Positions 25,899 through 36,255 of a stretch of 64,000 bases of DNA are shown piece after piece. A model generated the notes under the pieces. That model saw only the letters and a program-made list of their open reading frames with translations. It was not told the origin of the DNA and ran no database searches. How positions within the stretch are numbered: position 1 is the stretch's first letter; every line of letters starts with the position of its first letter. The translations under genes were made by a program, and so were the position numbers. The stretch is from Bacilli bacterium (GTDB taxonomy: Bacteria; Bacillota_I; Bacilli_A; RFN20; CAG-826): positions 5,757-69,756 of the forward strand of contig JAXFZD010000017.1 in NCBI GenBank assembly GCA_034185265.1, written 5' to 3'.

Positions 25899-27038
25899 TT
25901 ACAAAATCTTGGCTCTAGAAGCGTATAGAGCAACTCCTTTAGGAACATAGATTCTATATCTTTGATTTTGTCCTTCAAAAGAAAACCAGCCTAGTCCTGC
26001 AATTCCAATATCTCTTCTACCTTTTTCTTCAATTTCTAAATCAAAGATATCAAAGTCATTTTTAGAAGTTACTTCGTTAGAAGCAGGTAAAAGATCTTTA
26101 TTTGCTTCTAAATTATCAAATAATCTCTTAATTTCTTTATCTGAGAATCTTTCAACAGTTACTGAAGAAGGGAAATAGCAGTCTAAAGCGACTTTTTCAT
26201 CTGAAAGAAGATCTAATCTAACTAATCTTCCAAACATAATGTGAGTTTCTTTAGATAAAACCATTTTTCTCTTCTTTAAGGTTTCCATATCAGTTAAATC
26301 TAAAACATCTCTTTGATTTAACTTAATTAGGATTGAATTATCTATTGCAATACCTGGAGTATCGAATACGTAGGAAGAAGAATCTAGAGGAATTTGCATA
26401 ACTTTAATAGATGTTCCTGGATAATTTGTTGTTAAAATCTTTCTTCCTGAAGAATTTTGATAATGTTTTAACATTGCAGAAAGGAATAAAGTTTTTCCAG
26501 CTCCTCTTCCACCAATAATATAAACATCATGTCTAGCTCTTCTTTTTTCTATTTCTTTACCAATTAAAGTTGTATCGCTTCCGCTAGAAAGAGAAGCTAA
26601 GAAAACATCTTCGCTTTTTGCTGGAAGTCCAGCAACTCTAAATCTATGAGCAACATATTCTTTTAAATCTTTATCTTTAACTTTAGCAGGTAGTAAATCT
26701 CTTTTATTTGCAATGATTAAAAGATGATTATTACGGAGAATCCAAGAAATATCTGCATTAAAAGTAGTTTCAAAAGAGAACAAGTCTACAACATAAACAA
26801 TTAAAGCATCGCTAGCTTCAGCATCTTTAAGCATTGATAAATAGTCATCAGAAACTGCAGGAGTTGCTTGAACAAAGTTATATTTCTGAGCTTCGTAGCA
26901 TTTATCACAGAATAAAATAGATTCGGGTCTAGCTTTTTCGACTACTTCTGGCTTAATATAACCGATTTCTCCAGGATTTTCTGTTTGGAGAACTTCTCTA
27001 CAGTTATAGCAGCGACGAACAAGATTGAATTTAGACAT
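25899..27038 (-). CDS. yqeH: Ribosome biogenesis GTPase YqeH
   Basis: 379 aa. It has an N-terminal CxxC...CxxC zinc finger. The GTPase motifs are circularly permuted: NKRDL comes before GGRGAGKT. Confidence 0.85.
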   Translation of the reverse strand: MSKFNLVRRCYNCREVLQTENPGEIGYIKPEVVEKARPESILFCDKCYEAQKYNFVQATPAVSDDYLSMLKDAEASDALIVYVVDLFSFETTFNADISWILRNNHLLIIANKRDLLPAKVKDKDLKEYVAHRFRVAGLPAKSEDVFLASLSSGSDTTLIGKEIEKRRARHDVYIIGGRGAGKTLFLSAMLKHYQNSSGRKILTTNYPGTSIKVMQIPLDSSSYVFDTPGIAIDNSILIKLNQRDVLDLTDMETLKKRKMVLSKETHIMFGRLVRLDLLSDEKVALDCYFPSSVTVERFSDKEIKRLFDNLEANKDLLPASNEVTSKNDFDIFDLEIEEKGRRDIGIAGLGWFSFEGQNQRYRIYVPKGVALYASRAKIL

Positions 27039-27564
27039 ACATTCTCTCCTTATAATCTATTAATAAATTTTCTTTTCTCATTTTTTCTCTTTTTGGTCTA
27101 TCGAAATGTCTATTGAATTTAGTCCATGGGGGTTCAATAGATGGATCAAGAGGTTCTAGAAGAAGGGTTCTAATTCCAGCTTTATTTCCAGCTATGATAT
27201 CAGTTTGAATCTGATCTCCAATTAGAATTACTTCATCTTTAGACCAATTTTCTCTTTTAATAAGTCTTTTTAGAGGACCAGAGAAAGGTTTTCTCATTAA
27301 ACAAGAGCAATTTACCCCAAGAACTTCGGCTATTTTTTTAACTCTTTTTCCTTTGTTATTCGAACAAATGTAAATTGTTAAGCCTTCTTTCTTGAGAATA
27401 TTTATTAATTCAACAGTTCTTCCTTCAATTACTTTTTTCGAATAAGGAAGCAAAGTATTATCCAAATCAAAAAGTAAGACTTTGAATCCGTTATTTTTGA
27501 AAAAGTTTACGTCTACATCAAAAATGTTATTCGCATAAGCATAAGGAATAAACTTTTTATTCAT
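27031..27564 (-). CDS. yqeG: YqeG-family HAD phosphatase
   Basis: 177 aa. The HAD motif LLFDLDNTL is present. It is the first gene of the cluster. Confidence 0.8.
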   Translation of the reverse strand: MNKKFIPYAYANNIFDVDVNFFKNNGFKVLLFDLDNTLLPYSKKVIEGRTVELINILKKEGLTIYICSNNKGKRVKKIAEVLGVNCSCLMRKPFSGPLKRLIKRENWSKDEVILIGDQIQTDIIAGNKAGIRTLLLEPLDPSIEPPWTKFNRHFDRPKREKMRKENLLIDYKERMYV

Positions 27565-27570
27565 GCCGAT

Positions 27571-27576
27571 ATTTTA
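27571..27576 (-). promoter_or_regulatory. -10 box TAAAAT exactly 6 nt before yqeG ATG 27564 (leaderless-type promoter)
   Basis: The minus strand reads ttgTAAAATatcggcATG. No SD is present. Confidence 0.45.
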
Positions 27577-27703
27577 CAATAAGGAATATCATCTTTCTAG
27601 GACAAAGATAAATATTTATCTTTAGGTTTAAAAGTCATTTTTGGAGGATTAAAGAACGATAATTTTTAATATTTTACGAAATAATCCGCACTAATTTCAT
27701 TGA

Positions 27704-27741
27704 TAAAAAAATGCAATCATACTATTTTAGCATAATTGCAA
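27704..27741 (-). terminator. Rho-independent terminator after parC
   Basis: TGCAAT (27712-27717) pairs with ATTGCA (27735-27740), with 2 further pairs. A T7 run follows on the minus strand. Confidence 0.5.
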
Positions 27742-27751
27742 TTTATTCTGT

Positions 27752-27774
27752 ATATATCGATATAAAATCTACTA
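27752..27774 (+). repeat. 23-mer intergenic element ATATATCGATATAAAATCTACTA
   Basis: 22 of 23 positions are identical to 45973-45995. It lies between the parC stop and its terminator. Confidence 0.55.
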
Positions 27775-27807
27775 ATTTATAACTAACAATAAACTATATA
27801 TTTACTA

Positions 27808-30462
27808 TTAGAAGTCATCATCTCCAAATATAGAAATTTGTTCAAATTTTTCTTTTCCAAAGTCAGAATCGCTTGGCATTATTTCTTTTATTTGAGGTTG
27901 AGAAGTTTCTTGATCACTATTATTAGATTCTTCAGAGACTTCATTATCATTATTTATAATAGAAGGAGTTACAGCTTTTGTATTTTCATTAATTACTTCA
28001 TCATCAAATAAGTTAATATACTTAATTAATGTCTTCTTAGGTAACGCTATATCCCCTGACTTAGCATATTTATCCATTGGAGTTAAATATAAATCAGGAA
28101 CAGTAAATTCAATTCTTTGTCCATTGGTTAAAGTAGCAAAGAATCTATAAACTTCGTTCTTATCGTTAACTTTATAGGCAAATACAAGATTATTAGGATC
28201 GTTTTTAAAGCATTTAAATAGCGTTGTAGCTTTAGAAAGTCTCTCCGATGGAGAAATATTCATCGTGGAGAAAACTCTTAGATGTCCTCCATCAGTAACT
28301 AATATAATTTTCTTATTTCCCTCATCTAAGTCAATTGGGATTAAAGAAGCCACACTGCCACCTTTAAAGCTACCGGCTTTAACTCCTGAAGAAGAAGTTG
28401 AAGTTACGGCGATTAAATTCTCATTATATAAAGTAGCTAAGCCGTTATTAGCTAAAACTAAACAATATGTATCTCCGCTAGTTTGAATTGCACCAACTAC
28501 TTCATCATCAGCAAGAAGTTTCATTGCTCTAATTGGTCTATTGTATCTAGAAACCGGAATTGAAGAGACTTTTATACGTTTAATCATTCCTTTTCTACTA
28601 GCTAAGACAAAATATAGATCATCTCTAAACTTTCTAACGATAAATGCTTTAACTATCTTATCATCCGCATCTAAAGAAATCGCATAATTAACATGTAATC
28701 CTTCATCAAGCCACTTACTAACTTTAAGAAGATGAACAGGAACATATAAATAATTTCCTTTAGAAGTGAACATAACAAGGTAATCTGTAGTTAAAGCTAA
28801 TCCAGAATAAACTAATGTATCTCCGTCTTTTAGACCAGGGAAAGCCCCATTATGTCCGTTACTTCCTTTATAAGAAGCTATAGAAGAACGTTTGATGTAG
28901 CCATCTTTAGTTACAACAACCATAACTTCTTCTTTAGAAATTAAATCTCTAGTATCAATAGACTTAGCTTCATAAGATTCTTCTTTAATTTCAGTTCTTC
29001 TTTCATCTCCATAAGTCTTTGCTATAGTGCGTAAATCAGAGATTAAAAGTTTATGTAAAGAATCTCTATTATTGAGGATGTCTTCTAAGTAAATAATGTT
29101 TTCTTTTAAGGAAGCAGCTTCATTTTCTAAAGCAACTACGTCAGCATGAGAAAGCTTATATAAAGGCATCATCGTGATTGCTTCGCTTTGTTCTTCGCTA
29201 AATCCAAATTCTTTTTGTAAATTTAATTTAGAATCTGCTTTATCTTTACTTGCTCTAATAATTGCGATTACTTGATCAATAATCGAGGTTACGCGGATTA
29301 ATCCTTCAACAATTTCTAGTCTAGACTTATTTTTATTTAGATCAAATCTAGATTTTCTTTCTATTACATCTTCTTGATGAGCAATATATGTATCACAATA
29401 AGTTAATAAATTTAAAGTTTGAGGACGTCCATTAACTATAGCGACCATATTCATTGAGAAAGAAGATTTCAAAGCTGTTTTATTCATTAAATAGGATAAA
29501 ATAGCGTTTTCGTTTGCTTCTTTCTTTAAATCAATTGCAATTCTTATACCAGTTTTATCGGTTTCATCTCTAACTTCTTCAATTCCAGGGAGAACTTTAT
29601 CAAATCTAAGTTTATCTATTGCTTTAACTAAGTCTGATTTAACTATTCCATAAGGAATCTCTGAAATGATAATTTGTCTAACACCTTTATTATTCTCTAT
29701 GGAAGTTCTAGAAACTACATCGATTCTTCCTCTACCCGTAAGATAAATGTCTTTTAATCCTTGAGATTGATAAATAATTCCTCCAGTAGGGAAATCTGGT
29801 CCAGGAATATAATTCATTAAGGATTCAATTGGACAAGAAGGATGCTCAATTCGGTGAATTATTGCTCCAATAAGTTCTTTTAAGTTATGAGGAGCAATTT
29901 CTGTTGCAATACCTACAGCAATTCCACTAGTTCCATTTAATAATAAATTAGGGAAACGAGATGGTAAAACTGCTGGTTCAAATTCAGTGTCGTCAAAAGT
30001 AAGCACCATATCGACACTATTTTTATCTAAATCTCTAATTAATTCTTTTGATAAAGCGCTAAGTCTGGCTTCAGTATATCTATAAGCTGCAGGTCCATCT
30101 CCATCCATCGAGCCGTTATTTCCTTGGAAATCAATTAAAGGAAGTCTAATCTTCCAAGTTTGACTCATTCTAACTAAAGCTTCATAAATAGAAGAATCTC
30201 CGTGAGGATGATATTTACCCATAACTTCACCAACTATGTGAGCACATTTTTTAGTTGGCTTATCTATTGTATTTCCTGTTTTATACATTGCGTAGATAAT
30301 TCTTCTTTGAACTGGTTTAAGGCCATCTCTAGCATCAGGAATTGCTCTATCTTGAATAACATCTTTAGCGTAAATATCAAAACGATCTCCCATTAATTCA
30401 TCTAAAGGAGAAACATTAATTTGCTCAATAATTGGGCTAATTACGTCTTTTTCTTTCTTCAT
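27808..30462 (-). CDS. parC: DNA topoisomerase IV subunit A
   Basis: 884 aa. The active-site region AAYRYTEARL is present. I saw no GyrA-box. The plsY / parE-parC neighbourhood is typical of Bacillota. Confidence 0.85.
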   Translation of the reverse strand: MKKEKDVISPIIEQINVSPLDELMGDRFDIYAKDVIQDRAIPDARDGLKPVQRRIIYAMYKTGNTIDKPTKKCAHIVGEVMGKYHPHGDSSIYEALVRMSQTWKIRLPLIDFQGNNGSMDGDGPAAYRYTEARLSALSKELIRDLDKNSVDMVLTFDDTEFEPAVLPSRFPNLLLNGTSGIAVGIATEIAPHNLKELIGAIIHRIEHPSCPIESLMNYIPGPDFPTGGIIYQSQGLKDIYLTGRGRIDVVSRTSIENNKGVRQIIISEIPYGIVKSDLVKAIDKLRFDKVLPGIEEVRDETDKTGIRIAIDLKKEANENAILSYLMNKTALKSSFSMNMVAIVNGRPQTLNLLTYCDTYIAHQEDVIERKSRFDLNKNKSRLEIVEGLIRVTSIIDQVIAIIRASKDKADSKLNLQKEFGFSEEQSEAITMMPLYKLSHADVVALENEAASLKENIIYLEDILNNRDSLHKLLISDLRTIAKTYGDERRTEIKEESYEAKSIDTRDLISKEEVMVVVTKDGYIKRSSIASYKGSNGHNGAFPGLKDGDTLVYSGLALTTDYLVMFTSKGNYLYVPVHLLKVSKWLDEGLHVNYAISLDADDKIVKAFIVRKFRDDLYFVLASRKGMIKRIKVSSIPVSRYNRPIRAMKLLADDEVVGAIQTSGDTYCLVLANNGLATLYNENLIAVTSTSSSGVKAGSFKGGSVASLIPIDLDEGNKKIILVTDGGHLRVFSTMNISPSERLSKATTLFKCFKNDPNNLVFAYKVNDKNEVYRFFATLTNGQRIEFTVPDLYLTPMDKYAKSGDIALPKKTLIKYINLFDDEVINENTKAVTPSIINNDNEVSEESNNSDQETSQPQIKEIMPSDSDFGKEKFEQISIFGDDDF

Positions 30463-32411
30463 TACTTAGTTACCTCCTTGATAAAGGAGTCTTCTTCGTT
30501 AAAGGAAATGTTTTCTTCAATCCATTCTCTACGTTTACTTGCATCATTTCCCATTAAAGTTGAAATACGTTTTTCTACGACTAAAGGATCGTTAATAGAG
30601 ACTCTAAGAAGTCTACGAGTTGCTTTATTCATTGTAGTTACAGCGAGTTGATCAGCGTTCATCTCACCTAAACCTTTATATCTGTTAATTCCATACCCTG
30701 GGCCAATCTTAGCTTTAGCATCTTCTAACGAAGCATCATCCCAAGCATAAAGGAATTTCTTGTTAGGTTCGCTCTTTTTATAAACTTTATATAAAGGCGG
30801 GCAGGCAATATAAACCATTCCATTAGTAATTAATGGTTTCATGAAATTGTAGAAGAAGGTTAAAAGAAGAATTTGGATATGAGCGCCGTCAGTATCAGCA
30901 TCAGTCATGATTATGATTTTGCCATATCTAGAATCTTCAACATCAAAATCTGGACCAACTCCAGCTCCAATAGTTTGAATAATTGTGGCAAATTCTTGAT
31001 TAGCCTTCATTTTTTCAATACTTATTCCATCAGTATTTAGTGGTTTACCTCTTAAAGGAAGAATTGCTTGATGAAGTCTATCTCTACCTGATTTAGCGCT
31101 TCCTCCTGCAGAATCTCCCTCAACGATAAATAATTCATTGTTCTTATAATCTTTACTTTGAGCAGAGGCTAGTTTATCAGAAATTACCATCTCAACTGAT
31201 TTTTTCTTATTTCCTCTAGCGGCTTCTTTAGCTTTTCTAGCAGCATCTCTAGCATTTTTCGCTGCTTGAACTTTCTTAATCAAATCAATTGCGAATTCTT
31301 TATGTTCGGCAAGATAATGAACTAAATTATCATATATAAAATCAGAAACTTCTCCAAAGGCTTGAGGAGTTCCTAATTTTGCCTTAGTTTGTCCGTCATA
31401 TTGAGCAATATCTTCAGGAATCTTTAAAGAAATAACTGCAGTTAAGCCTTCTCTAATATCGATTCCGTCGAGTTTTCCGCTCTCTTTTATAATTCCATTT
31501 TGTATCGCCCAGTCATTAATTGCTTTAGTTATACCAATTTTTAATCCAGTTTCATGAGTTCCACCGTCATGAGTTCTAACAGAGTTAGCATAAGAATAAA
31601 TATTCTCGTTATAATCTTTTAAACACCACTGCAAGGCAGCTTCAATCTTAATTAATCTATCTTCGTCGTCAAAATATAGAATCTCTCCTAAAGGACTCTT
31701 ATTTTGATTAATTAAATTTACATATTCTTGTAAACCATTTTGAAAGAAGAATTCATGAGATTGTCCGCTTCTTTCATCTTTTAAATAAAAATGAACTTTT
31801 TTAAGTAAAAATGCTTGCTCTTGCAAATGATCGTAAACTGTTTCCCACTTAAAATCTACAGTAGTAAACATGCGTTTATCAGGTTTGAATCTTACAATTG
31901 TTCCATGTTTTCTAGTTGGACCAAGTTCTTCTAAAGGAGTAACGAGCTTTCCACCATCTTCAAATCTAATATGATAAGAAATGCCACCTCTATTTACGAT
32001 AATATCGCAATAATCTGATAAAGCATTTGTAACGCATGCACCCATTCCGTGCAAACCAGAAGAAGTCGAATAGGCTTTATTTGAGAATTTTCCTCCAGAA
32101 TGAAGAGTTGTATAAACAAGTTGAACAGCAGGAATTCCAGTTTTTTTATGAATATCTACAGGAATACCTCTTCCTTCATCTTCAACAGTTACTGATCCAT
32201 CTTTATGTAAGGTGACAAAAATCTTATTTCCATGGCCATTGACAGCTTCATCAACACCATTATCAACAATTTCCCAAATTAAATGATGAAGTCCATTGGA
32301 ATTTGTTGTTCCAATATAGACTCCAGGACGTTTTCTAATACCTTCGATTTCTGAGAGAATCTCAATATTAGAAGCGTTATAATTCATTTCATCTTTTAAA
32401 AAATCGTCCAT
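30462..32411 (-). CDS. parE: DNA topoisomerase IV subunit B
   Basis: 649 aa. The GHKL ATPase N-terminus EGIRKRPGVYIGTT and the Toprim motif EGDSAGGSAK are present. It is coupled to parC by a 1-nt overlap. Confidence 0.9.
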   Translation of the reverse strand: MDDFLKDEMNYNASNIEILSEIEGIRKRPGVYIGTTNSNGLHHLIWEIVDNGVDEAVNGHGNKIFVTLHKDGSVTVEDEGRGIPVDIHKKTGIPAVQLVYTTLHSGGKFSNKAYSTSSGLHGMGACVTNALSDYCDIIVNRGGISYHIRFEDGGKLVTPLEELGPTRKHGTIVRFKPDKRMFTTVDFKWETVYDHLQEQAFLLKKVHFYLKDERSGQSHEFFFQNGLQEYVNLINQNKSPLGEILYFDDEDRLIKIEAALQWCLKDYNENIYSYANSVRTHDGGTHETGLKIGITKAINDWAIQNGIIKESGKLDGIDIREGLTAVISLKIPEDIAQYDGQTKAKLGTPQAFGEVSDFIYDNLVHYLAEHKEFAIDLIKKVQAAKNARDAARKAKEAARGNKKKSVEMVISDKLASAQSKDYKNNELFIVEGDSAGGSAKSGRDRLHQAILPLRGKPLNTDGISIEKMKANQEFATIIQTIGAGVGPDFDVEDSRYGKIIIMTDADTDGAHIQILLLTFFYNFMKPLITNGMVYIACPPLYKVYKKSEPNKKFLYAWDDASLEDAKAKIGPGYGINRYKGLGEMNADQLAVTTMNKATRRLLRVSINDPLVVEKRISTLMGNDASKRREWIEENISFNEEDSFIKEVTK

Positions 32412-32521
32412 GAAATATAAAAAAACCTTCGATTACTTCATTATTATAATAAATTTATTTTGGAAAATAAATCTCAATATTTATAATATTGTAGGCTTAT
32501 TTATTAGCAAAGGAATTATTT

Positions 32522-33265
32522 ATGGTCATTTGGGTTAATGTTGCAGTCGGAGCTCTTGCAATAATTCTTGGTTACTTATTCGGAGCTATACCAACTGGAG
32601 TTGTTATTGGAAAAGTTTTCTTTGGAAAAGATCCTAGAGATTTTTATTCTCATAACTCTGGTGGAACTAACACTGGAAGAGTTTTAGGAAAGAAAATAGG
32701 TGTCTTAGTAATTTTCTTAGACATGCTTAAAACATGTTTAACTATTTATGTTACTTGGGCAATAGTTACCTACATTCCAGCAATTAGAGACAATTTAATT
32801 TGGGAAAATGGTTATAATCCTGCTCCTCTATGGTATTGGCTTGCTGGTTTAGCTGGTGCAATCGGTCACTGCTGGCCTATTTATCTTAAGTTTAAAGGCG
32901 GAAAAGCCGTTGCTTGCTTTATGGGAGTCAACGCTTTTACAAGTTGGATCGAATTCGTCTGTGCTGGATTTGGTTATTTAATCATCTTAAAGAAAACAAA
33001 ATACGTTTCCCTTTCTTCTTTAAGTGCTGCAGTAATCGGTTGTGTTGTCGCTTGGACAATTGCCATCGTTCAAATTTGCGCTAAGACAGATTTGTATTGG
33101 ATGATGTGGACAATGAATTTCCCTAACGGATTAAAATTTGGTTTTGAATACGCTGCCATCAATACAATAATTGCTGTCTTAGTCTTCTTAAGACATAAAG
33201 AAAATATCATTCGTTTAAGAAACGGAACTGAAAGAAAAACAACTGACAAATTAGAAAATAAATAG
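32522..33265 (+). CDS. plsY: Glycerol-3-phosphate acyltransferase PlsY
   Basis: 247 aa, multi-TM. The motif SGGTNTGRVLG is present. It is adjacent to parE, as in Bacillus and Staphylococcus. Confidence 0.85.
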   Translation: MVIWVNVAVGALAIILGYLFGAIPTGVVIGKVFFGKDPRDFYSHNSGGTNTGRVLGKKIGVLVIFLDMLKTCLTIYVTWAIVTYIPAIRDNLIWENGYNPAPLWYWLAGLAGAIGHCWPIYLKFKGGKAVACFMGVNAFTSWIEFVCAGFGYLIILKKTKYVSLSSLSAAVIGCVVAWTIAIVQICAKTDLYWMMWTMNFPNGLKFGFEYAAINTIIAVLVFLRHKENIIRLRNGTERKTTDKLENK

Positions 33266-33272
33266 TTAATTT

Positions 33273-33290
33273 TTAGTAGTTTTTTAGTAA
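33273..33290 (+). repeat. Tandem TTAGTAG-TTTT-TTAGTAA
   Basis: Starts 7 nt after the plsY stop. The 16-mer TTAGTAGTTTTTTAGT is identical to the minus-strand copy at 63390-63405. Confidence 0.5.
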
Positions 33291-33305
33291 GTGGTAAAAC
33301 AAAAT

Positions 33306-33332
33306 TAAATCGATTGAAAAATCGATTTTTTT
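33306..33332 (+). terminator. Rho-independent terminator after plsY
   Basis: AAATCGATT - GAAA - AATCGATTT forms a perfect 9-bp stem with a GNRA-type loop. A T run follows. Confidence 0.75.
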
Positions 33333-33401
33333 TCGATTACAAGCTACTTTTAAATTGACAAAAATAGTAAATAACTAAAGTTGTAGTTAGAAAAAGGCAT
33401 T

Positions 33402-33435
33402 AAAAAAACTTTGCCATTAGTACTGACAAAGTTTT
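33402..33435 (-). terminator. Rho-independent terminator after the yloV-like gene
   Basis: The minus strand reads AAAACTTTGTC-agtactaat-GGCAAAGTTTT, followed by TTT. Confidence 0.65.
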
Positions 33436-33455
33436 AATAATTTAAAGTATTATTT

Positions 33456-35099
33456 TTACTCTATTGCAAAGAGTAATTGATAGATTGATTGATTAGAGAC
33501 AATCTCTTCTAAATCCATAAGTCTATATTCACTAGAGACAAAGTTTCTAAAGTTCTCTTTATCTTCTTCAGTGACATCTTGACCATAGAAAACAGTAATT
33601 AATGAGCGATCTTCAATATCGTCAATGGATTCGAATAAACGCTTTGTACATTCAATCAACGAATCAGAAGTAGATCTAACTTCTCCACCACAGATTCCAA
33701 GATAATTTCCTTGTTTAATTTCTAATCCGTTATTCTTAGAATCTCTTACAGCTGTAGAAATACTTGCGGAAATAACGTTGGACATAGTTTCATTAATAAC
33801 TTGGATATTAGTTTCCATGTCGTTCATGGCAAAGTCTATCATTGGTAAAGCAACGTAAGCATCAATCATAGATTTAGACTCTATGACAACTATATTAGCT
33901 TTAGGATACATCTCAGCAGCTTGTTTAGCTGTTAAGATAACATTTCCGTTATTTGGGAAAACAATGATGTTCTTAGCATGAACTTCTTTGAATCCTTTAA
34001 TAAAGTCTTCAGCAGATGGATTCATGGTTTGTCCGCCCTTAATGATATAAGAACAGCCCATATTAGTGAATAATTCAGCTAATCCATCGCTAGAAGCAAC
34101 GCAAATAATTGCGTTTTCTTGTTCAGATTCAATAGGCATTTCTTTTAAAAGAACTTCATTATGTTGAATTGACATGTTTTCCATCTTAAATGTAATGAAT
34201 TCACCGAATTTTTGGGCATATTCCATTGCAATGTATGGAGTTTTAGTATGAACATGGATTTTAACTATTGTTCCATCTCTAACAGCAACGATAGAATCTC
34301 CAATTTTTTCTAGGAAAGCAATTGCTTCATCTAAATCAAATTTTTCTGGTCCATTCTTGCTATTAAGGAGTTGGAGAATAAATTCTGTACAATAGCCGTA
34401 TTCAAGTTCGCTATTCTCATCAAAAGGAATTTCCTCGGTGGCATCGATAGAACTTACTGGACCGTTAAAGATTGTGTCTTCGATTTCTTCTCCAAGAATC
34501 TTTTTACACATTCCTTCGATTACAGCAACTAATCCAGCGCCGCCAGAATCAATAACCCCTGCTTCTTTTAAAACTGGAAGAAGCTCAGGAGTATGAGAAA
34601 GAGCGATTCTCATTTGATCTAATAAGGTTTTAAATAATTCCTCAAAAGTTTCAATTTCACCTATATGAGAAGCAATATAACGAGTTCCTACATTAGCAAC
34701 AGTTAAAATTGTACCTTCAACAGGTTTAACTACAGCAGTATAAGCTCTATTGGTTCCACTAACTAAAGCAGCGGAAAATTGTTCAACATTAGCAACTTCT
34801 AATCCTTCTAAAGCAGCGGAAACGCCAGCGAAAAATTGAGAAAGAATAACTCCAGAATTACCTCTAGCGCCTAAAAGCATACCTTTAGCAAGAGCTTGAG
34901 CTGTTTTTCCTAAATGATTAACTTCTACTTTATTCATGGAGGCAACTCCACTAGTTAAAGTAGCAGTCATATTAGTTCCTGTATCTCCATCAGGTACAGG
35001 GAAAACATTTAAATCATTAATGGTTTCGTAACGCGATTTTAGCGCACGACAACCATTTTCGATCATGCTTTTAAATGTAATCGAGTCTACGATATTCAT
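33456..35099 (-). CDS. yloV: DAK2-domain fusion protein (YloV family)
   Basis: 547 aa. The Dak2 motif PVPDGDTGTNM is present. It is paired with a DegV-family gene. Confidence 0.85.
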   Translation of the reverse strand: MNIVDSITFKSMIENGCRALKSRYETINDLNVFPVPDGDTGTNMTATLTSGVASMNKVEVNHLGKTAQALAKGMLLGARGNSGVILSQFFAGVSAALEGLEVANVEQFSAALVSGTNRAYTAVVKPVEGTILTVANVGTRYIASHIGEIETFEELFKTLLDQMRIALSHTPELLPVLKEAGVIDSGGAGLVAVIEGMCKKILGEEIEDTIFNGPVSSIDATEEIPFDENSELEYGYCTEFILQLLNSKNGPEKFDLDEAIAFLEKIGDSIVAVRDGTIVKIHVHTKTPYIAMEYAQKFGEFITFKMENMSIQHNEVLLKEMPIESEQENAIICVASSDGLAELFTNMGCSYIIKGGQTMNPSAEDFIKGFKEVHAKNIIVFPNNGNVILTAKQAAEMYPKANIVVIESKSMIDAYVALPMIDFAMNDMETNIQVINETMSNVISASISTAVRDSKNNGLEIKQGNYLGICGGEVRSTSDSLIECTKRLFESIDDIEDRSLITVFYGQDVTEEDKENFRNFVSSEYRLMDLEEIVSNQSIYQLLFAIE

Positions 35100-35104
35100 C
35101 GTAG

Positions 35105-35998
35105 TTATTCCCCTAGAATAGTAACTTCTTTACCGAAAGAGTATGTTGCGATCATTCCTGGACCACAAGAAGCACCGACGATAGGTCCGATAGGTCCAAT
35201 ATAAATATCTAATGGCTTAGCCATGGCTAAGATTTCTTCTTTAACGAATAAAGCAGCTTCTTCATCATCACAATGTCCAATATAGATAACTTGATGTTCG
35301 ATATCTTCAGCAGCTTCAACAGCACTCTTAGCAATTTCAATTAAAGATGGTTTTCTACCTTTAACTTTCTTATATGCAAAGTTGTTTCCTTTGATATCAG
35401 AGATAATAATTGGCTTAACACCGAATAAATTTCCTAAGAAAGCCTTGGATCCTTTAACTCTACCAGCTCTAGCTAAATAAGTTAAAGTTGGAGTTGTGGC
35501 AAATTGATTGAAACGTAATTTGTTAGCATCTAACCAAGCAAAAACTTCGTCTAAAGATTTGCCTTCTTCTCTCATTTTGGAAGCTCTAAGAGCCATATCG
35601 GCTTGAGCATAACCTGTGATTAAGGAGTCAAAACAAATAATTTTGGCACCTTTATATTCTTTTTCTAATTCTTTTGCGACTAATTTAGCAGCATTTACAG
35701 AAGCAGAAAGAGCTGAAGAACAAGCGATATAAAGAATATCTTTACCTTCATCAAGATATTTCTTGAACTTATTTAAATAAGTTTCATTTGTAACTTGAGA
35801 AGTTGTAACTCTAACACCTTGAGCTTCTTTTTGATAAATTTCATGAGGAGTGTATCCTGAATCATAATCTAATGAAGCAAGATATTCTTTACCTTCGAAT
35901 GCTAATTGCATTGGGCAATAGTCAATATCGTATTTTGTTCTAAATTCTTTATTTAATTCACCAGTTGAATCAATTAAAATTGCAAATTTTCTTCCCAT
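35105..35998 (-). CDS. DegV-family fatty-acid-binding protein
   Basis: 297 aa. The length and sequence character are typical of DegV, and it is adjacent to the yloV-like gene. Confidence 0.8.
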   Translation of the reverse strand: MGRKFAILIDSTGELNKEFRTKYDIDYCPMQLAFEGKEYLASLDYDSGYTPHEIYQKEAQGVRVTTSQVTNETYLNKFKKYLDEGKDILYIACSSALSASVNAAKLVAKELEKEYKGAKIICFDSLITGYAQADMALRASKMREEGKSLDEVFAWLDANKLRFNQFATTPTLTYLARAGRVKGSKAFLGNLFGVKPIIISDIKGNNFAYKKVKGRKPSLIEIAKSAVEAAEDIEHQVIYIGHCDDEEAALFVKEEILAMAKPLDIYIGPIGPIVGASCGPGMIATYSFGKEVTILGE

Positions 35999-36010
35999 TT
36001 TTATTTACCC

Positions 36011-36253
36011 CTACATATTGTTATTTTTCTTCATAGAATTCATGACAGCTCTGATTTGTGCTTCAGATGGTTTTCTTCCCATTTGCATAAACATAGCTCT
36101 GATCATGTTTTCGTTGATTGGAGGATTCTTTTCCATTTGTCTCTTAAATAAGAATCTTGTTAAGAAGAATCCGATGATTAATCCAGCAAATAAAGCGGCG
36201 ATGACGCATCCAAACCATCCGCCATCCCAGCCCATTAATAAACTTAAATTCAT
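36011..36253 (-). CDS. yneF: UPF0154 (YneF-family) small membrane protein
   Basis: 80 aa, one TM. The family signature KNPPINENMIRAMFMQMGRKPSEAQI is present. Confidence 0.7.
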   Translation of the reverse strand: MNLSLLMGWDGGWFGCVIAALFAGLIIGFFLTRFLFKRQMEKNPPINENMIRAMFMQMGRKPSEAQIRAVMNSMKKNNNM

Positions 36254-36255
36254 AA

